Shown here piece by piece: positions 37,920-46,684 of a DNA stretch of 64,000 nt. The stretch is from assembly GCA_001782235.1 (NCBI GenBank), contig MFOC01000007.1, positions 315,909 through 379,908 of the forward strand, in the 5' to 3' direction. Position 1 is the stretch's first letter. Every line of letters starts with the position of its first letter. Below the pieces are notes generated by a model that did no database searches, was not told the origin of the DNA, and saw only the letters and a list, made by a program, of their open reading frames with translations. The position numbers were made by a program, and so were the translations under genes. The DNA is from Candidatus Levybacteria bacterium RIFCSPHIGHO2_02_FULL_40_18 (GTDB lineage: Bacteria; Patescibacteriota; Microgenomatia; Levybacterales; GWA1-39-11).

Positions 37920-39182
37920 ATGCTTGATATTAAGTTTATTCGGGAGAATCCGGATAAAGTTCGTGAAGGGGCAAAAAATAAAAATATCAATGTTCCGATT
38001 GATGAAATACTTCGTCTAGACCAAGAACATCGCGAATTGTCTCGGATACTCCAAGAATTGTATACCCAAAGAAACCGCGCCGCAAAAGAAAGAGATATTG
38101 AAGGCGGTCGGGAGGTTAAAGCAGAGGTTGATTCTAGCGAAGATAAACTTGGGAAAATCAAAGAAAGATTGGATGAACTTCTTTATGCCGTACCAAATTT
38201 GCCGGCCCTTGATGTAAAAATAGGAAAAGACGAATCGGAAAATGAGATTATTCGAAAAGTTGGTTCGCCGAAAAAGTTTTCATTCAAAGTTCGTGACCAT
38301 GTTGAGTTGGGAGAATTGCTTGAAATTATCGACCTTGAACGAGCAGCAAAAGTTTCCGGTACCCGATTCGCATATTTAAAAAATGAAGGAGTTCTTCTTG
38401 AATTCGCACTCGCCCAATTTGCCTTAGACAGCTTAATAAAGGAAGGATTTATTCCGATAATTCCGCCCGTGCTTATTAAGACGGAAACAATGAAAAAGGT
38501 CGGTTATATGGAACACGGTGGGGATGAGGACATGTTTCATATCGAAAAAGATGGTTTGACCCTCGTGGGAACTGCCGAGCATTCAATCGTCGCAATGCAT
38601 CAAGACGAAACATTTTTGGAACGTGATCTACCTGTAAGATATGTCGGGTTTTCATCTGCCTTCAGGCGTGAAGCGGGATCTTACGGCAAAGACACTCGGG
38701 GAATTCTTCGCGTCCACCAATTTGATAAAGTAGAAATGGTTTCATATACGACTCCTGAAAAGAGCGATAGTGAACAAGACTATCTTTTGAATATTGAAGA
38801 GAAGTTTTTTCAGGCGCTCAAGATCCCTTATCAAGTTGTCAAAATGTGTACAGCCGATTTAGGATTTGTTCAGGCCAAAAAATATGATATTGAAGCATGG
38901 ATTCCGTCTCAAGAGAAATATCGAGAGATGACCTCCGCATCGCATCTTACAGATTTTCAAGCAAGACGGTTGAATATTAAATTCCTGCCTGCCGGCAGGC
39001 AAGGCCAAAAAGGTTTGGAAAAAGAATTCATACACACTCTCAACGCCACAGGTTTTGCAATTGGCCGAACTTTAATTGCAATTCTTGAAAATTATCAAGA
39101 AAAGGATGGTTCAGTTGTTGTACCAGAAATTTTGCGAAATTACGTAAATATAGATAAGATTTCACCAAAGAAATTAAAATAG
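37920..39182 (+). CDS. serS: Serine--tRNA ligase
   Basis: MLDIKFIREN, GTAE, FRREAG.YG.DTRG..RVHQF.KVE, KYDIEAW, DFQARRL, HTLNAT. Confidence 0.98.
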   Translation: MLDIKFIRENPDKVREGAKNKNINVPIDEILRLDQEHRELSRILQELYTQRNRAAKERDIEGGREVKAEVDSSEDKLGKIKERLDELLYAVPNLPALDVKIGKDESENEIIRKVGSPKKFSFKVRDHVELGELLEIIDLERAAKVSGTRFAYLKNEGVLLEFALAQFALDSLIKEGFIPIIPPVLIKTETMKKVGYMEHGGDEDMFHIEKDGLTLVGTAEHSIVAMHQDETFLERDLPVRYVGFSSAFRREAGSYGKDTRGILRVHQFDKVEMVSYTTPEKSDSEQDYLLNIEEKFFQALKIPYQVVKMCTADLGFVQAKKYDIEAWIPSQEKYREMTSASHLTDFQARRLNIKFLPAGRQGQKGLEKEFIHTLNATGFAIGRTLIAILENYQEKDGSVVVPEILRNYVNIDKISPKKLK

Positions 39183-39250
39183 TTAAAATGGTTGGAATAG
39201 TTGAATGGTTTTGATAGCCATGTAACCATGTAGCTATTTTAGCCATTGGC
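39177..39250. repeat. 8/9-nt-period inverted-arm element (family B)
   Basis: AATAGTTAAAATGGTTGGAATAGTTGAATGGTT ... AGCCATGTAACCATGTAGCTATTTTAGCCATT. Confidence 0.8.
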
Positions 39251-39380
39251 TCTTTTGATTTTTGTTGATTTATCAGTCTAAACCTTAATTTTCGAAGCAG
39301 GCAATTTTCTTGACAAAATTTTTTATTTTTTTCACGATTAAATTGGAGCATAATAAGTTCTAGTTTGAGATACTGTTTGG

Positions 39381-39504
39381 TCCGCCAGACCTTACTTTAG
39401 GGCTTTTCAGTATTATTCATACACGCCCTAAAGAGCGGTCTTCGGCGGACGTAAGAAACTGTAAACTCACTTTACAGTTCGTTAACAGTTTCTAACGGAG
39501 GTGA
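39381..39504 (+). ncRNA. Putative structured cis-regulatory RNA (copy 2) upstream of a basic micropeptide
   Basis: Homologous to 16969-17116 with covariation; ends in SD GGAGGTGA; TTGACA at 39310. Confidence 0.75.
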
Positions 39505-39511
39505 TATTTTC

Positions 39512-39550
39512 ATGGCAAGAAAAAAAGCAAAGAGAAGGAAGAGGAGATAA
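39512..39550 (+). CDS. Arg/Lys-rich micropeptide MARKKAKRRKRR
   Basis: Near-perfect SD GGAGGTGA 7 nt before the ATG; same leader architecture as hup; hairpin plus T tract downstream. Confidence 0.6.
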   Translation: MARKKAKRRKRR

Positions 39551-39589
39551 AATAAATTCCAAAGAATGATCATCTTTTGGATAAAAGAG

Positions 39590-39620
39590 TCCCGCACCAG
39601 AATTGGTGCGGGATTTTTAT
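39590..39620 (+). terminator. Probable intrinsic terminator (may also be a palindromic repeat)
   Basis: TCCCGCACCA-GAAT-TGGTGCGGGA followed by TTTTTAT. Confidence 0.6.
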
Positions 39621-39737
39621 ACTCCTCCATTCGTATTTTAGCCTCATTTATGGTAAAATTGAAAGTCAACCGAATTTTAGGATAGTAATCTTGTTGACTT
39701 TCATCCCGAACTTGATTCGGGATCTCATATTCTAATT

Positions 39738-42512
39738 ATGCTTGGTGTTTTGTCTAAGTTTTTTGACTCAAACGAGCGAGAGATTAAAAAATTTTTACCC
39801 ATTGTTGATGAGATCAATGCTCTTTCGGAGAAAACTAAAAAACTTCGCGATTCTGATTTTCCAAAAAAAACAGAAGAACTAAAAAAAAGAATAGAAAAAG
39901 GCGAAAGTATTTTCATGGTTTTACCTGAAGCTTTCGCTCTTGTACGTGAAGCTTCTCTAAGAACCACGGGTTTACGGCCATATGATGTTCAACTAATCGC
40001 GGCCACTGTTCTTTCTCAAGGCAAAGTCGCAGAGCAAAAAACAGGAGAAGGAAAAACTCTTTCGGCAGTCCCCGCCCTATACTTGAACGCCCTTACAGGC
40101 AATACGGTTCATCTTGTTACCGTAAATGACTATCTTGCTCGTCGTGACGCAGGATGGATGGGGGCAATTTTTGACTTTTTAGGAATGAACGTTTCCTCAA
40201 TAATTTCCGATGCTTCTTTTATTTACGATACCAAATACACAGATGAATCGGCACAGGACTTCAGGCTCCTTCATCTCAGGCCTATATCTCGAAAAGAAGC
40301 ATATCAAGCCAATATAGTTTACGGAATCAATTCTGAATTTGGATTCGATTATCTTCGCGACAACATGGTCTTTAATAGCGAACAATTGGCTCAAACAGGA
40401 CACACATATGCAATTATTGATGAGGTAGACTCGGTTTTAATCGATGAAGCAAGAACGCCCCATATAATCTCAATGCCGGACGCTACGCCTTCCCAAAAAT
40501 ATTATGAATATGCAAAAATTGTCGATAAACTCAACAAGGAAATAGACTATAAAGTAGATGAGAAGACAAGAACTGCACACTTAACAGATCACGGGATTGA
40601 AAAGGTTGAAAAGCTTTACGGCGTCAAAGATATATATGAAAAGGATTTTGATACGGTTTATCATATAGAAGCCGCTCTTAAGGCAAATACCCTGTTTCAT
40701 AAAGACCGCGATTACATTGTCCGCGACAACCAAGTTATTCTAGTTGATGAGTTTACCGGAAGACTTCTTGAAGGAAGGCGTTTGTCAGAAGGTCTCCATC
40801 AGGCAATTGAGGCAAAGGAAGGCGTCGCGATCCAGCAAGAGTCAAAAACTCTTGCAACTGTTTCTCTTCAAAACTACTTCAGAATGTATGAAAAGATTGC
40901 GGGAATGACGGGAACAGCCGTAACTGAGGCTGAGGAGTTTCAAAAGATCTACAAACTTGATGTAGTTTCGATCCCTACTCATAAAGAGATGATTCGCGAA
41001 GATCTTGGCGATCAGATCTATAAGACTACGCGCGCAAAAGTGGCTGCAGTAGTTAGGGAGATTGAGGAAGCACATAAAAAAGGACAGCCGGTGTTAGTTG
41101 GCACTACATCAATTGATAAGAACGAAATAATTTCAGAATATCTAAAAAGAAAAGGGATCCTGCACGAGGTTTTAAATGCTAAAAATCACATTCGGGAGGC
41201 AATGATTATTCAGAATGCGGGTAAAAAAGGCGCGGTTACAGTTGCGACAAATATGGCTGGTCGAGGGGTAGATATTATTTTAGGAGGCCAGCCTCCATCA
41301 CAATTTGATATTGCCCACAAGGGAAAAAGCGGTCAGAAAAAACTTCGTGAAGATATGGAGAGATGGCAGAAGGAGCATGATGAGGTGGTCTCGCTTGGCG
41401 GGCTTTATTTAATTGGTACCGAAAAACACGAATCAAGAAGAATTGATAATCAGCTAAGGGGAAGATCTGGCCGCCAAGGAGATCCCGGAAAATCTATGTT
41501 CATTGTTTCTTTGGAGGATGATCTTATGAGAGTCTTTGGGGGAGAGCAGATTTCAAACCTAATGACTCGGTTTAATTTTCCGGAGGATCAACCACTCGCC
41601 CATGGTTTAGTTTCGCGTGTTATAGAACAAGCGCAAGTCAAGGTAGAAGGGTTTAATTTTGAAGCAAGAAAACACCTTCTTGATTATGACGATGTTTTAA
41701 ACAAGCAAAGAGAAATTATCTATAAAATGAGACAAGGAGTAGTAGGGAATGAAGCCGCCGGCCCAGAGGCCTCTGGCCAGAGGGATGATATAGTTGAAAT
41801 AGTTTTAGGGAAAGTCGCGAGCGTAATTGCAAATAATGTTCAATTTAATCTTTCAACAGAAACCCAAGAAGACGGGCGCAAAACCATAATTTCGGAATTC
41901 GCAAGCATTGTCCCCTTTGATGAACATTCGCAAGAACATCTCTATAAACAAATTCAGCAATATCAAACCGCAGAACAAATTTCGGACTTTTTAATCGGAA
42001 TAGCAAAGCAAATTTCTAAGAAATGGGAAGAGCAATTTGGCCGCGATCATTTGGCTCACGCATATAAAATCGTATTTCTATCAACAATCGATAATCTCTG
42101 GATGGACCATTTAACCTCGATGGAAGATCTTAGAACAGGAATCGGGCTACGGGGCTACGGACAGAGAGATCCTCTTATCGAATACAAAAACGAGGCATTT
42201 ACCATGTTTGAGCGTTTAATTTCGCAAATTGACGACGGTATAGCTCACCGCGCTTTTCGAATTAACATCGGAGAAATTCCTCCTCCGGCAGTCAGAGTAA
42301 ATATACAAGCAAACGTTCCGGAGTCAGAAGTGGGAGAAAAAGCTGAGAAGGTTAGCCGAGCTCCGCAAATCGCGAATCGAACAGAAATAGCTTCGAATAA
42401 TAATTTGAATGGTACTACAGGTGTCGAAAAAAAGAAAATCGGCCGCAACGACCCCTGCCCTTGCGGTTCGGGAAAGAAGTGGAAAAAGTGCCACTATCCC
42501 AACCTCCCATAA
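39738..42512 (+). CDS. secA: Preprotein translocase ATPase SecA
   Basis: KTGEGKT, VTVNDYLA.RD, DEVDSVLIDEARTP, ATNMAGRG.DI, RRIDNQLRGRSGRQGDPG, SEC-C GRNDPCPCGSGKKWKKCH. Confidence 0.99.
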   Translation: MLGVLSKFFDSNEREIKKFLPIVDEINALSEKTKKLRDSDFPKKTEELKKRIEKGESIFMVLPEAFALVREASLRTTGLRPYDVQLIAATVLSQGKVAEQKTGEGKTLSAVPALYLNALTGNTVHLVTVNDYLARRDAGWMGAIFDFLGMNVSSIISDASFIYDTKYTDESAQDFRLLHLRPISRKEAYQANIVYGINSEFGFDYLRDNMVFNSEQLAQTGHTYAIIDEVDSVLIDEARTPHIISMPDATPSQKYYEYAKIVDKLNKEIDYKVDEKTRTAHLTDHGIEKVEKLYGVKDIYEKDFDTVYHIEAALKANTLFHKDRDYIVRDNQVILVDEFTGRLLEGRRLSEGLHQAIEAKEGVAIQQESKTLATVSLQNYFRMYEKIAGMTGTAVTEAEEFQKIYKLDVVSIPTHKEMIREDLGDQIYKTTRAKVAAVVREIEEAHKKGQPVLVGTTSIDKNEIISEYLKRKGILHEVLNAKNHIREAMIIQNAGKKGAVTVATNMAGRGVDIILGGQPPSQFDIAHKGKSGQKKLREDMERWQKEHDEVVSLGGLYLIGTEKHESRRIDNQLRGRSGRQGDPGKSMFIVSLEDDLMRVFGGEQISNLMTRFNFPEDQPLAHGLVSRVIEQAQVKVEGFNFEARKHLLDYDDVLNKQREIIYKMRQGVVGNEAAGPEASGQRDDIVEIVLGKVASVIANNVQFNLSTETQEDGRKTIISEFASIVPFDEHSQEHLYKQIQQYQTAEQISDFLIGIAKQISKKWEEQFGRDHLAHAYKIVFLSTIDNLWMDHLTSMEDLRTGIGLRGYGQRDPLIEYKNEAFTMFERLISQIDDGIAHRAFRINIGEIPPPAVRVNIQANVPESEVGEKAEKVSRAPQIANRTEIASNNNLNGTTGVEKKKIGRNDPCPCGSGKKWKKCHYPNLP

Positions 42513-42624
42513 TTATATTAAAATCCTAAGAAACTTTTAAAATTTATGACTTTATGTTAAAATTACAACACTTCGACTCGTTTCACTCGCTCAGTGCGAG
42601 TAGTTCGTTTCGGATAATTATACA

Positions 42625-43269
42625 ATGGTTACAGTGCCTGAAGCTACTAAAAAGATTGTCGAACGTTCAAGATATCTTTCAGAGGCTATCTCGAAAGGTC
42701 TTATAAACTATTCGTCTCTTGCACGCTATATAAAGCCTGAACTTGAGGAAATGCTTTTAAAAAAAGTAAGCATCGCATCTATAATTATGGCTTTAAACCG
42801 CCTCGAATCTGATTTTCAACCAAAGTTTACGCAAAGCAATATTTTTAAAACTCCTCCGGAAATCACAGTTCGCTCAAATCTGATCTTAGCAGGGCTGTCG
42901 AATATTGATGTTCAAGGGCTATCGATACTTATCTCGCGTGACACTAATTCTCGTTCGCTTTTTTTAAAAAATCAGGGGATACACGAGGCCTCGTTTATTA
43001 TGAGTCAAGATTTATTCGAGAAATACAAAAATACTATAGAAAGCAAGAATCCTTTGGTGTTTCAGGATAAAGTTTCGACCATTACAATTTACCTACCCAA
43101 GGAAGCGCAGGAAACCTCTGGAATCTATTATTTTTTTCTAAAATCCCTTGCCTGGGAGGGTATAAACATACTCGAATTAGTTTCAACACCACAAGAACTT
43201 ACCATTGTTGTTTCCGACCATGATGTCGAGAGAGCGTTTGGTATTATTAAGTCCCTGTTCGCTTCCTAA
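42625..43269 (+). CDS. Conserved protein with C-terminal ACT-like domain
   Basis: GLINYSSLARYI N-terminus; LAWEGINILELVST..ELTIVV. Confidence 0.75.
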   Translation: MVTVPEATKKIVERSRYLSEAISKGLINYSSLARYIKPELEEMLLKKVSIASIIMALNRLESDFQPKFTQSNIFKTPPEITVRSNLILAGLSNIDVQGLSILISRDTNSRSLFLKNQGIHEASFIMSQDLFEKYKNTIESKNPLVFQDKVSTITIYLPKEAQETSGIYYFFLKSLAWEGINILELVSTPQELTIVVSDHDVERAFGIIKSLFAS

Positions 43270-44750
43270 TCTTTCGAATCATAATTGACTTTGTACAAAT
43301 AAGCAGTTCCGATTTGCTTCTCAAGTCTTATTTTCCCAACCTTTTCCATATTTTTTACTCCCTCGCGAAAGTTCCGGGGGCTTTCGAGAAGCTGAATGAG
43401 AGTTTGTTGCTCGCTTAAGTTAACCATTATATATTCGGCTTCTTTTGGGAAATCAAGCCACCAGCAGAGCTTTCTTCCGCAGGGATTATTCTCAATTTCA
43501 TGTTCGCGAGGATATATTAGATAGATTTGGTTTCTGTGAGAAATGTGGGGGACTATGTTTTGCGTCGAGGCAATACTCGCATCTTTCGGGATAGACGTGA
43601 TTAGCTTTCCCGTGTCTTTCATCCATTGTTCGCTCTTATAATATATTGGCTTTGACAATTTATTTAGAGCAAAGTGGAATTTGTATTGCAGGAGGAGAGC
43701 TACGGATACCATTACAATAGCAATAATCTCGGGCTTTCCCGCGAAGCGGGATCCCGCCCTGCGGGAAAATTTTCGCTTCAAAATATTAATTGCGTCCAGA
43801 GTCCCCAATAGTAAAAATGGTGCAAGGATTGCCCTGTGATGCATAAATGGGCTCCACATTCGTGCAAAGGCTTCGCCCGTTACAAAATATTGCGAAAGAT
43901 CAAGCGTAACCGCAAGAATTGCTCCGGGCGAGAGAAGAGGAAGAGCGGAGAACCAGGAAAATGAATAAAGCCACACCTGTTGTTTTTCTTGGCTATTGAA
44001 GAAATTGCTGATTAGATTTGCTGGCTGTAAGTCGATTTGAGGTGTATATTCGAACCCAATCGGCGAGAAATATCGAGTTAGAGTGATAGCGATAAGCGTT
44101 GCTAAAAAACCTCCAAAGATGAATCCTAGCGCAGCTTTACGATATTGTTTTTGAAACAAATAAATAAGTCCCAGAGAAGCAAGGGCGATGCCCATGTTTT
44201 CCTGTGTTAGAAGTAGTAAAATTATTGATCCGGATAACAGTTTCCAGTTTTTTGTTTCCAAAAAATAAGCGATCCAAGGAATTAAACCCACCCCTATTGC
44301 AACGGGATGAAAATCAAAAAATACCAAAAATTGTATTCCGTAGAAAAGGCTATAGACAAAGCTTAAACATAGGGCTACTAATGAAAAATAGCCTCTATTT
44401 CGCACCAAAAGAAATATGGGAAGCGCAGAAAGACTTACCCAAAACGCCTGAAAAAGCAATAAGATTCTTACATCATCCCAAATCCAAAAAAGGGGCGAAA
44501 GAAGCGGGAGAGTTAACGCAAGATGATCACCTAAGATAAACCTATTTTTAATTGTGTTGTATGGAGCCTGAAATTGAGAATATTGCCAGATGGATTGATC
44601 GTAAAGACCAAGATCAAAGGCGCCCGATTGGAAATTGTTATGTCGCACAATAGAAAGTGTCGAATAGAGCATAGTCAAAGTAACAATCCATACAAACAGA
44701 AGCTTTACGGAAGATCGTTCGATTAATGGAATAAATCCCTTAAGATTCAT
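43266..44750 (-). CDS. DUF2079-family membrane protein (putative GT-C glycosyltransferase)
   Basis: FDLGLYDQ..W, GDH, L.LFQA, FDFHP motifs; multiple TM segments. Confidence 0.8.
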   Translation of the reverse strand: MNLKGFIPLIERSSVKLLFVWIVTLTMLYSTLSIVRHNNFQSGAFDLGLYDQSIWQYSQFQAPYNTIKNRFILGDHLALTLPLLSPLFWIWDDVRILLLFQAFWVSLSALPIFLLVRNRGYFSLVALCLSFVYSLFYGIQFLVFFDFHPVAIGVGLIPWIAYFLETKNWKLLSGSIILLLLTQENMGIALASLGLIYLFQKQYRKAALGFIFGGFLATLIAITLTRYFSPIGFEYTPQIDLQPANLISNFFNSQEKQQVWLYSFSWFSALPLLSPGAILAVTLDLSQYFVTGEAFARMWSPFMHHRAILAPFLLLGTLDAINILKRKFSRRAGSRFAGKPEIIAIVMVSVALLLQYKFHFALNKLSKPIYYKSEQWMKDTGKLITSIPKDASIASTQNIVPHISHRNQIYLIYPREHEIENNPCGRKLCWWLDFPKEAEYIMVNLSEQQTLIQLLESPRNFREGVKNMEKVGKIRLEKQIGTAYLYKVNYDSKD

Positions 44751-44804
44751 TAACTTGATACTAAAATTCTAATCCAAATTTCTTCTTTTTGCTATTATTA
44801 AAGT

Positions 44805-45677
44805 ATGGATTCTTCAGGACACTATAGAAAGCTTGCGGATAAGTGGATCAAGCGGCACCGTGATTTTCAGGAACAGTTGTGGGCTTCGCACGGAGATGCA
44901 ATAAATGACTTTATAAACAGCACAAAAAATTTTGCCATTGGGTCAATCTCGGGGCTAATGCTTTTATCAAGTCCAGCCGCAAATTTAATTGGGCCAGTCA
45001 GTGCGCTGACGGTCGAAGAACAAAAATTACCCGTAGATAAAAGCGCTTTTTTGGCCTCAGATGTTCTTTCTGTTTTGCCAAAGGAGGTTCGTCCATTAAC
45101 GCCGGAAGAAGAAAATTCCATTTCTCAGATTTTTACTCGGGATTTTGGGTTTAAAGTCGCACATGAACTTTCAGGTATTCGATTGAATCGATCATATGGT
45201 TATATAGGGGCCGAGCAGCATCTGGCGCGATATCCCGGTGACACAATGACTACTCATTTCGAGGATAGTTCGGATAGTTCAAAATTCTATTCGTCCGGAA
45301 TGGCACCGGGACTGGGTGCCTGGGGTTATTTTGCAAATTCTCGTTCGGAATTAACCCAAAAAGACATAGATCGTGAGAAATATTATATTGCCGTTCAAAC
45401 ATTTCTTGCTCCGGGATTCGCGGAGCACACGGGAAAATACATTACTTTTTTTAAATTTCGGAAAATGCTTGTAGTGAATCCTCATACCGGGCGTGCTATA
45501 GTAGTGGTGATAGGTGATGCCGGACCCGCTGAATGGACTGGAAAGAGTTTGGGCGGGTCGCCCGAGGTTATGAAGTATCTTGAGCGTGTTGACGGTAGCG
45601 GGAGAGGGCCGGTTCTGTATTTTTTTATAGACGATCCAGAAGACAAGGTTCCACTGGGACCAATCGAAATTAAATAG
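44805..45677 (+). CDS. Conserved hypothetical protein
   Basis: 290-aa ORF; IGAEQHL.RYPGD, GLGAWG, GDAGPA.WTG..LGGSPE motifs; function unknown. Confidence 0.75.
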   Translation: MDSSGHYRKLADKWIKRHRDFQEQLWASHGDAINDFINSTKNFAIGSISGLMLLSSPAANLIGPVSALTVEEQKLPVDKSAFLASDVLSVLPKEVRPLTPEEENSISQIFTRDFGFKVAHELSGIRLNRSYGYIGAEQHLARYPGDTMTTHFEDSSDSSKFYSSGMAPGLGAWGYFANSRSELTQKDIDREKYYIAVQTFLAPGFAEHTGKYITFFKFRKMLVVNPHTGRAIVVVIGDAGPAEWTGKSLGGSPEVMKYLERVDGSGRGPVLYFFIDDPEDKVPLGPIEIK

Positions 45678-45742
45678 TTAAAATGGTTAAAATAGTTAGA
45701 ATAGTTCAAAACCATGTAGCCATTTAACTATTTAGCTATTGA
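45673..45742. repeat. 8/9-nt-period inverted-arm element (family B)
   Basis: AATAGTTAAAATGGTTAAAATAGTTAGAATAGTT ... AACCATGTAGCCATTTAACTATTTAGCTATT. Confidence 0.8.
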
Positions 45743-45749
45743 TTACTCT

Positions 45750-46079
45750 ATGATTAAACACTTTTATTCATATCATGTTGAGATTGACTCGCTAATTATT
45801 GAAATCGAGTCCCTTCCAATCGAGGAACACGAAAAGAGACATCTAGTTGAACTTGCAGAATCTCAAGTTCACAATGCCATTTTGGATTCGATTCTTTCAG
45901 AATTAATTACGGAAGATAAGAGATTATTTCTTAAGCATTTAAATTCTAAAAATCATGAAATAATTTGGAAATTTTTAAGATCAAAAGTAAAAGATATTGA
46001 AGAAAAAATTGAAGGCGTCGCGCTTTCCGTTAAAAAAGAATTATATAGAGACATAAGAGAAATTAAGGGACAATCTTAA
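45750..46079 (+). CDS. Hypothetical protein
   Basis: 109-aa helical ORF in operon context. Confidence 0.7.
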   Translation: MIKHFYSYHVEIDSLIIEIESLPIEEHEKRHLVELAESQVHNAILDSILSELITEDKRLFLKHLNSKNHEIIWKFLRSKVKDIEEKIEGVALSVKKELYRDIREIKGQS

Positions 46080-46080
46080 A

Positions 46081-46464
46081 ATGGCATACAAAAAAATAGA
46101 TAAACCCAGATTGCTTGAAGGGGAGACTGTCGAAGCCCGATGGGATCCAAAGAAAATAATAATAGGAGTTGTAATCCTTGCAGCATTGGGCCTTTTGGGA
46201 GCAATAATGTTGACCGGAATCGGAAGACAAGGTTCGGTAAGTGGTCGAGAGACTTTGGGTACAACAAACGAAGCGCCATCCCTCCCATCATCTGAGAATA
46301 TTGAAAGGATTATCCGTGAAACCCGTGAAACAATGTCCAATATAACTGCCGATAATCTTACCTCCTCACAGGCGGCAATCCAGAAGATGATTTCAGATCT
46401 TGAAATTCTTCAAGGGAAAAAAGATGTAAAAGACGTAATTTGCGAGTTAATCTGTAAGAAATAA
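46081..46464 (+). CDS. Hypothetical membrane-anchored protein
   Basis: One TM segment; C-terminal ICELIC. Confidence 0.7.
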   Translation: MAYKKIDKPRLLEGETVEARWDPKKIIIGVVILAALGLLGAIMLTGIGRQGSVSGRETLGTTNEAPSLPSSENIERIIRETRETMSNITADNLTSSQAAIQKMISDLEILQGKKDVKDVICELICKK

Positions 46465-46502
46465 ATTCAAATTCCTAAATTCTAAAAAATATATCAATAT
46501 AT

Positions 46503-46645
46503 TATTAGAAAATAGTTACAGGAAAATGGAAATTAGTAATAGAAAGTAGAAAATAGAAAGTAGTTAAATAAAAATAAATAAAAACCAATTTCTAATATCT
46601 AATTTCTATTACCATTTTCTTATTTCCAACAACCAATTTCTTATT
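46503..46645. mobile_element. 143-bp periodic inverted-arm element (family A), inverted duplicate of 29591-29733
   Basis: 139/143 identity to the reverse complement of 29591-29733; similarity continues to the next start codon. Confidence 0.85.
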
Positions 46646-46684
46646 GACAGAATTTTGATATTCGAATTTAGGATTTAAAATAGT

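Noticed and set aside
39472-39669. Minus-strand 65-aa ORF
   Set aside because: It is an antisense shadow of the plus-strand SD, micropeptide and terminator unit.
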